From the NCBI GenBank assembly GCA_030167145.1, contig CP126532.1, positions 570,001 through 602,000 of the forward strand: a stretch of 32,000 nt of DNA, in the 5' to 3' direction. The DNA comes from Ktedonobacterales bacterium (GTDB lineage Bacteria; Chloroflexota; Ktedonobacteria; Ktedonobacterales; JADMIN01). A program made the translations under genes and the position numbers. Every line of letters begins with the position of its first letter. Positions within the stretch are counted from its first letter, which is position 1. Below are positions 26,678 to 32,000 of the stretch, piece after piece. The notes beneath the pieces are model-generated. The model saw only the letters and a list, made by a program, of their open reading frames with translations, ran no database searches and was not told where the DNA came from.

Positions 26678-26741
26678 TATGCGCTTGCGTCCAAAATGAT
26701 GCGCCACCCGGCATTGCCCCAGCCCCAGTTCATCCCACAGG

Positions 26742-28418
26742 TCAACCCCGCTTCATCTGCGCTGAACCGTGGCCATGGACGCGATGCCGTGCGGGGCGCC
26801 GTTCGCTGCGCACGGCTCGCTGCGGCGTTGTATCAGACGATGTTGCAGAAGAAGTGTCATCTTCTCGGTGATTACCGTCACCATTGCTGGTATTCGTGGG
26901 CTGCGCTGCAGGAAGTGTACCGTTGGTATCGGATAGGCGTGCATCCTCTGCGGTGGCATCCTCCGACGCCGCTGGCGGAGGCAGCATGGGTGGCGCCGTG
27001 TCCGATGACATAGGTAGCGTTGGCGAAATCTCAGAGACGCGCACCGACGTGTCGTCACGGCGTTCGCCTATGTCTGGGATATGGGTCTCGTCTTCGCCGT
27101 CTGCGCTGCCATGGCGCACAATTTTCACTTTGGTCACCCGCCGGCCTCGCGTGCCGATGACAGTAAAGGTGAATTGTTCGGTCTTTACGGCATCACCAAC
27201 CGTCGGAATCTTATCGAGGCGCGCGTAGACGAAGCCGCCAAGGGTGTCGTAATCCTCGCTGGTGAGCTTCGAGGCGAGCACATCGTTGAGGTCATCGAGA
27301 CCGAGCTTGGCGTCCACGATGTATTCGTTTTCGCCTATCTGCTCGAAGAGTTGTTCTTCAACGTCATATTCATCTTGAATATCGCCAACGATCTCTTCCA
27401 CAAGGTCTTCGATGGTCACCAGGCCGGCCACAGAGCCGTACTCATCCACCACAATCGCCATATGTACACGCTGACTGCGCAGTTCGCGCAGTAGGTCGTC
27501 CAGGCGTTTAGTTTCAGGTACGAAGACGGCGGGCCGCGCCAGCGCCTCAACCGAGGCCACCTGCTCATGCGTGGCGACCACACGCAGCAGGTCTTTCGCA
27601 TAGAGCAGACCGATGATGTTATCAATGGTGTCTTTGTAGATCGGCACGCGCGACTGGCCGCCCTGGATGATGAGCTTCATCGCTTCTTCGATGCCCGCGT
27701 CAGATTCAATCGTAATCATGTCAATGCGCGGCACCATCACTTCGCGGACAATGGTATCGCCCAGCTCGAAGACATTGTGAATCAGTTCGCGCTTCTCTTC
27801 TTCAAGGTTGACTTCGTCGCTCTCACCAACGTCCACCAGCATCCGCAGTTCTTCTTCAGTGAGGAAGGGGCCGCGATGCATAGGCTTGCCGCCGAAGAAA
27901 CGCACGATGCCGCTGGTGATCCAGGTCAGCGCGGCTACCACTGGGCGCAGCACGGTTACGGCTGCTTCCACCGGCGTGACGAGGAAACGCGCCCAACGCT
28001 CCGGCGCTTGCACCGCCGCCGTCTTCGGCGTGATTTCGCAGAAGATCAGCACAATCAGCGAGAGCAAGATAGTCGAGATGACTTCGGCGTAATCTTGCAC
28101 CAGGCTCAGGGCCAGAATCGTGGCGACAGTGGAGGCGACGATCACCGCGACATTGCTCATCACCAGGATGGTTGAGAGGAAGTTTTGTGGCCGTTCGATC
28201 AAGTGCAGGATCTGCTCGGCCTTCTTGTCGCCCTCTTCTTCGAGGTTGCGCAACTTAATTCGGTTGACCGAGGTCAGCGCTGTCTCAGCCGCCGCGGACA
28301 TCGCCGCCAACCCTAGCGCCAACAGCAACAGGATCAGCAGAAAGGTGTCTTCACCCGTCCACGGCCGCAATCCGAGAAACGACGCTGCTACGATACCCGG
28401 CCAACTTGAACTATCCAT
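26742..28418 (-). CDS. CNNM/HlyC/CorC-family transporter (DUF21 TM domain + CBS pair + CorC_HlyC) with ~130 aa low-complexity C-terminal tail
   Basis: The DUF21 motif AAETALTSVNRIKLRNLEEEGDKKAEQI is followed by a CBS pair and a CorC-type C-terminal domain (EQFTFTVIGTRGRRVTKVKIV). Confidence 0.9.
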   Translation of the reverse strand: MDSSSWPGIVAASFLGLRPWTGEDTFLLILLLLALGLAAMSAAAETALTSVNRIKLRNLEEEGDKKAEQILHLIERPQNFLSTILVMSNVAVIVASTVATILALSLVQDYAEVISTILLSLIVLIFCEITPKTAAVQAPERWARFLVTPVEAAVTVLRPVVAALTWITSGIVRFFGGKPMHRGPFLTEEELRMLVDVGESDEVNLEEEKRELIHNVFELGDTIVREVMVPRIDMITIESDAGIEEAMKLIIQGGQSRVPIYKDTIDNIIGLLYAKDLLRVVATHEQVASVEALARPAVFVPETKRLDDLLRELRSQRVHMAIVVDEYGSVAGLVTIEDLVEEIVGDIQDEYDVEEQLFEQIGENEYIVDAKLGLDDLNDVLASKLTSEDYDTLGGFVYARLDKIPTVGDAVKTEQFTFTVIGTRGRRVTKVKIVRHGSADGEDETHIPDIGERRDDTSVRVSEISPTLPMSSDTAPPMLPPPAASEDATAEDARLSDTNGTLPAAQPTNTSNGDGNHREDDTSSATSSDTTPQRAVRSERRPARHRVHGHGSAQMKRG

Positions 28419-28493
28419 CCAGTGCTAATCTCCCTCTCCCCAGCATCCATTTCGCGGCGCGTGTGCGCCTCCCGCCAGAGAGGACGCTGCGTC

Positions 28494-30023
28494 TCAGTCT
28501 GTTTGACCGAACTCAGCATGCTTTTGCGCTGTCTTCGTTTCATTCTCATCGCGCTCATTCTCATCGAGTTCATTCTCATCGCGCTTGCCAGAGTCCGGGC
28601 TATGCGCCGACTTCACTTTGCGGACGGTGCGCGCGGGCATGCCGACGGCGAGCTTGCCGGGCGGCACATCGCGTGTGACGACCGCTCCTCCGCCGGTGGA
28701 GGCGCCATCGCCGATAGTCACCGGCGCGCGCAACAGGGTATCGCACCCCAGAAATACATGCTCGCCAATCTCGGTATGATGCTTCTGTTTGCCATCGTAA
28801 TTCATGGTAATCACGCCCGCACCAACATTCGTGCCAGAACCGATGTTTGTGTCGCCGATGTAGCTGAAGTGATGCATGTCCACATTCTCGCCAATCGTTG
28901 AATTCTTGACTTCACCAAAGTTGCCCACATACGCGCCGCGCTTCAGCCGCGCCCCCGCCCGCAACCTGCTCATCGGGCCGACCCGAGCTCCTGACTCCAT
29001 CTCCGCGTGGTCCAGCCAGGAGGACAGTACCAGGCACTCATCGCCGATGACACTATCCGCGATTACGCTGTTCGGGCCGATCTCACAGCGTTCACCGATG
29101 ACTGTTGCGCCGCGCAGATGGGTTCCGGGCCGCACAACGGTATCCTGGCCGATGCGGACGCCAGCCTCGATATAGGTAGTCGCGGGGTCTTGCACGGTCA
29201 CACCGGAGTGCATCACATCACGCACGATGCGCTCGCGGAGGATGCGTTCGGCATCGGCGAGTTGCACGCGGTCATTGACGCCCATCGTCTCCTCCAACGA
29301 AGCTGTCGCCGTGCTGACTGGCTGACCTTCGCGCACCGCCACATCCACCAGATCCGTCAAATAATACTCCCCGTTGGGATGAAGCTCTAGCCGTTCCAGA
29401 TGTGGCCAGAGCCATGCCCTTTGAAAACAATATATCCCAGAGTTGACTTCGGCAATCCGCAATTCTTCGGGTGTGGCATGCTTCTGTTCCACGATGCCGG
29501 CCACGCGGCCCCGCGCATCGCGCAACACACGCCCATAGCCCGTGGGGTCGGTGGCGATGCCAGTGAGGAAGGTGAGCGTCGCGCCAGTGCGCTGATGTTT
29601 GACCAACAGCGCGCGCAACGTCTCCGCGCGGACCAGCGGCGTATCGCCATACAGCACGAGGATCGTGTCGGGTTGCGCGTCAGCATCCATCCAGGCAGCG
29701 CGGGCGTGGCGTACAGCGTCACCGGTGCCAAGCTGCGGCTCTTGCTCGATGAACGTGGCGGACTCGACGAGAGGAGATGTGGCGAGTGCTGCGCGAACCT
29801 TTTCGCGCTCATGGCCGACGATGACAACGAACCGGGGACTATGGTCCTCCGTATCGCCAGCCTCGGACGCGGCGCCATCCTCTGTGCCAAGCGCCTCAGA
29901 CGCTGCGCGCAACACATGATCGAGCATCGCGCGCCCGCCGACCTGATGTATCACCTTGGGGAAGCGCGACTTCATGCGCGTGCTCTTGCCCGCCGCGAGG
30001 ATGATGGCTCCGACTCGGCCCAT
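28494..30023 (-). CDS. glmU: bifunctional UDP-N-acetylglucosamine diphosphorylase / glucosamine-1-phosphate N-acetyltransferase
   Basis: N-terminal GAIILAAGKSTRMKS..PKVIHQVGG, a left-handed beta-helix hexapeptide region, and an acidic ~40 aa C-terminal tail. Start placed at ATG 30023. TTG 30056 is less likely because it abuts the tRNA. Confidence 0.92.
   Translation of the reverse strand: MGRVGAIILAAGKSTRMKSRFPKVIHQVGGRAMLDHVLRAASEALGTEDGAASEAGDTEDHSPRFVVIVGHEREKVRAALATSPLVESATFIEQEPQLGTGDAVRHARAAWMDADAQPDTILVLYGDTPLVRAETLRALLVKHQRTGATLTFLTGIATDPTGYGRVLRDARGRVAGIVEQKHATPEELRIAEVNSGIYCFQRAWLWPHLERLELHPNGEYYLTDLVDVAVREGQPVSTATASLEETMGVNDRVQLADAERILRERIVRDVMHSGVTVQDPATTYIEAGVRIGQDTVVRPGTHLRGATVIGERCEIGPNSVIADSVIGDECLVLSSWLDHAEMESGARVGPMSRLRAGARLKRGAYVGNFGEVKNSTIGENVDMHHFSYIGDTNIGSGTNVGAGVITMNYDGKQKHHTEIGEHVFLGCDTLLRAPVTIGDGASTGGGAVVTRDVPPGKLAVGMPARTVRKVKSAHSPDSGKRDENELDENERDENETKTAQKHAEFGQTD
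28541..28585. repeat. 15-bp tandem repeat x3 inside the glmU 3' end (encodes RDENE/LDENE pentapeptides)
   Basis: The units are CATTCTCATCGCGCT, CATTCTCATCGAGTT and CATTCTCATCGCGCT, at 28541-28555, 28556-28570 and 28571-28585. Confidence 0.85.
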
Positions 30024-30072
30024 ACTGGTCTGTATCACTCCTGATAACTGCCGCAAAAAACATGAAGAGAAC

Positions 30073-30146
30073 TGGCTCGGGCGCCAGGATTCGAACCTGG
30101 GATCGTGGATCCAAAGTCCACTGCCTTACCGCTTGGCCACGCCCGA
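30073..30146 (-). tRNA. tRNA-Gln (anticodon UUG)
   Basis: The minus strand reads TCGGGCGTGGCCAAGCGGTAAGGCAGTGGACTTTGGATCCACGATCCCAGGTTCGAATCCTGGCGCCCGAGCCA. It folds as a cloverleaf with a 7-bp acceptor stem, anticodon loop CTTTGGA, T-loop GGTTCGAATCC and an encoded CCA. It resembles my recollection of E. coli tRNA-Gln. Confidence 0.93.
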
Positions 30147-30326
30147 ATGCAAACCCTTTCGTTCTTGAAGGATAGCATTCCTTTCTAGGGTCCGCCTATC
30201 CTGCAAAACGCCCTATGAGTGTATCATATCGCCTTCTCATCCGCAACCAACCTGTTGTACACTGTAAGCTCGATCACGGCACTGTGCCGAATAATTCCGG
30301 ACGCACAATTCAGCGAGGAGGTGCGC

Positions 30327-30743
30327 ATGTACACATCAAGAGAGTTGCGAAAGGGCGAGCTTTACTCGCGTGAAGATCTTCGCCAGAAGTTTGATATTAC
30401 AGATGCGACTATCAACACCGGCATATTTCAGCCATCTGGGCATGATTCAATTTGGCTCTTCGTCACAGAAAAGAAGACTCCTGACCGAACACAATATGCA
30501 GATCGACTTGATGGCGATTTCCTTCACTGGGATGGCCAAACATCTGGGCGCAAAGACCAAATAATCATCGAACATGAAAATCTCGGCCTCGAATTGCTGT
30601 TGTTCTATCGCATCTCGAAGTCTGAACACCCAGGTGCGGCTTTCCGATATGAAGGCACCTTTTGCTATGTATCACACTCTGGCGCTGAACCAACCCATTT
30701 TGTGCTTCGACGCACCGACAACTGGGCAAATGACAATGCATGA
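30327..30743 (+). CDS. hypothetical protein (138 aa) resembling the N-terminal module of DUF3427 / SRA-like domains associated with restriction enzymes
   Basis: ORF 30219..30743(+). Start placed at ATG 30327 after a strong GAGGAGGTG SD. GC is low, about 43-48% by hand count. The pattern IWLFVT..K......YADRLDGDFLHWDGQ...ELLLFYR......AFRYEGTF matches my recollection of DUF3427/SRA-type folds. The family assignment is tentative. Confidence 0.7.
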   Translation: MYTSRELRKGELYSREDLRQKFDITDATINTGIFQPSGHDSIWLFVTEKKTPDRTQYADRLDGDFLHWDGQTSGRKDQIIIEHENLGLELLLFYRISKSEHPGAAFRYEGTFCYVSHSGAEPTHFVLRRTDNWANDNA

Positions 30744-30787
30744 CGCCTTCTTCACGTAGCCAAGATATGGCCCAACGGAAGAAGGCG
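30744..30787. terminator. 10-bp perfect inverted repeat between two convergent genes (candidate bidirectional terminator)
   Basis: CGCCTTCTTC (30744-30753) pairs with GAAGAAGGCG (30778-30787) across a 24-nt loop. It starts immediately after the TGA of the + strand ORF and lies 35 nt from the stop of the - strand ORF. There is no U-tract. Confidence 0.45.
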
Positions 30788-30821
30788 AAACGCACTACCT
30801 GTTAAACATTGGCATCCATGA

Positions 30822-32000
30822 TTATGGCAGCCGCGCGACATTCACACGGATGAAGCCGCTGGAGGGATACGTCCAGCCGAGCGCCTGTTGCACCGAGGGG
30901 CTGAGGTCAATTCCCGCCTGGTTGAGCACCGGATGATTGAAACTGCCATCGCGCAGCCAGCCACTGGCATTGCCGTTGTAGGTCAACAGCAGCGTGCTGC
31001 CGCAGAACACGGCGTCGTTGTTGATCGAGGCGGCACTGGCCTCCGGACAGTATTCGGGCAGGCGCGTCGGCCAGTTGGTGGCGTCGGCGAAGTTGCCGCT
31101 GGGCAGGTAGCCCGCAGGCTGGAAGAATGGCAGCGCGTAATGCTGGTAGAGCAGATAGTATGCGATGCGTCGCCAGTTGCGCGGGCCAGGGCAGATGCTA
31201 TCCACCTGGGCATTGCTCAGCGAAGACGAACTGACCAGCGCGCTAGATACCGGACAGGTTGCGGATACCGTTGCATTCGGATTGAAGGCATCCCACCAGT
31301 TGTCGTCTTCGTTCCACGGCCCCACATCCGCCACGATCACCTGGCTCGCCGCCACCGTGCCCGACGCCTGTTTGATGTCTACGGTGAACGGCGGCGCGGG
31401 GCCATTGGGCGGTGTCGGCAGGTAGAAGGGCTGATAGATCGCGGGAATCTGCGTATTCCAGCCGTTATTCGCGAATTTGAGGTAGGCGTCGGGTAAGGCT
31501 ACGTATTGAGCGTTCTGCGGCTGGCCCTGAAGCGTGAAGCCTGTAGCGTACATCAGTATCGAGTACGGGCTGGGCTGGTGGATCGTCGGACCACCCAGGA
31601 TATTCGCCTGCACCCACGCGGGCGACGAGATTCGCATATACGTCTGGTCGGTAGTGGCGAGAAGAGCAGCATATTGGCTGCCCACAATGCCGTGCAAGCC
31701 AGCGCGCAGGTGTGCCAGTTCGCGCTGCTGCGCGGCAATGTTGGGGCGCGCATTCACGCGGCCCAGGCTCGCAGGATCGGCGCGCATCATCTCCAGCCAT
31801 GCGGCGCGGACGGCGGCGGAGACGCGCGTGACCTGCGCGGATGTCAGCCCGGCGGCGCGCCCCGCCTGCGTGGCCTGTGCCTGAATAGACGCATCGCCGC
31901 TGGCATAGAGGTAGATCAGCCGCTGAAACCACGCGCCGTCGCTTGCCCACTGCCGCAGCGCGCTCGCCGATGGTGGCGCGGGACGAACGGAGCTGCTTTG
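30822..32000 (-). CDS. hypothetical protein, 5'-truncated by the window edge; C-terminal region weakly RlpA/expansin-like (double-psi beta-barrel)
   Basis: The track starts this ORF at 31790. I translated the same frame upstream and it stays open with no stop to position 32000 (QSSSVRPAPPSASALRQWASDGAWFQRLIYLYASGD...), so the gene continues beyond the window. The motifs VIVADVGPWNEDD, AGIDLSPSVQQALGW and GFIRVNV suggest a DPBB fold. Confidence 0.7.
   Translation of the reverse strand, partial: QSSSVRPAPPSASALRQWASDGAWFQRLIYLYASGDASIQAQATQAGRAAGLTSAQVTRVSAAVRAAWLEMMRADPASLGRVNARPNIAAQQRELAHLRAGLHGIVGSQYAALLATTDQTYMRISSPAWVQANILGGPTIHQPSPYSILMYATGFTLQGQPQNAQYVALPDAYLKFANNGWNTQIPAIYQPFYLPTPPNGPAPPFTVDIKQASGTVAASQVIVADVGPWNEDDNWWDAFNPNATVSATCPVSSALVSSSSLSNAQVDSICPGPRNWRRIAYYLLYQHYALPFFQPAGYLPSGNFADATNWPTRLPEYCPEASAASINNDAVFCGSTLLLTYNGNASGWLRDGSFNHPVLNQAGIDLSPSVQQALGWTYPSSGFIRVNVARLP

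Noticed and set aside
30073-30821. tRNA-Gln-adjacent low-GC segment as an integrated mobile element
   Set aside because: There is no integrase or recombinase gene. The islet abuts the 5' end of the tRNA rather than the usual 3' attachment end. I found no repeat of the tRNA 3' segment. The only flanking direct repeat is 8 nt (CGCCTTCT at 30230 and 30744), which is within chance expectation. Foreign origin remains possible, but a mobile-element call is not supported.
1-32000. CRISPR arrays, IS elements or transposases, toxin-antitoxin pairs, reverse transcriptases or other defence operons
   Set aside because: No regularly spaced repeats were seen, and no ORF has recognisable transposase, integrase, Cas, RT or toxin motifs. 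The only repeats found are the short tandem or direct repeats listed as features.

Overview
This 32 kb window is GC-rich, above 60% in most genes by hand count, and densely coding, mostly on the minus strand. The content is largely housekeeping. Confidently recognised genes are ispD, a SufU-like Fe-S scaffold, dnaX, fdhD, gatC and gatA, an acylphosphatase, a K+-independent H+-pyrophosphatase (hppA), glmU and a CNNM/HlyC-family transporter. There is also a mixed five-gene minus-strand cluster: LLM oxidoreductase, flavin reductase, uracil-DNA glycosylase, PIG-L deacetylase and HAD hydrolase. Two RNA genes are invisible to the ORF track. One is a Bacillus-type large SRP RNA (ffs) with a near-consensus promoter just upstream of dnaX. 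The other is tRNA-Gln(UUG) upstream of glmU. Two spots depart from this background. (1) A roughly 2 kb lower-GC, ORF-poor island (24.8-26.7 kb) has as its only convincing gene a CsrA-like RNA-binding regulator with an ~85 aa disordered R/D/Y-rich tail. It is flanked by long non-coding stretches, including a cluster of GGA motifs. (2) A roughly 0.7 kb low-GC islet lies between tRNA-Gln and the last gene. It encodes a small standalone protein resembling DUF3427/SRA-type modules found in restriction systems. I saw no CRISPR array, transposase, integrase or obvious defence operon. Taxonomy cannot be fixed from the sequence. The large SRP RNA, GatCA, the H+-PPase and the many low-complexity protein extensions fit a high-GC Terrabacteria or Chloroflexota-like genome, but that is inference only.
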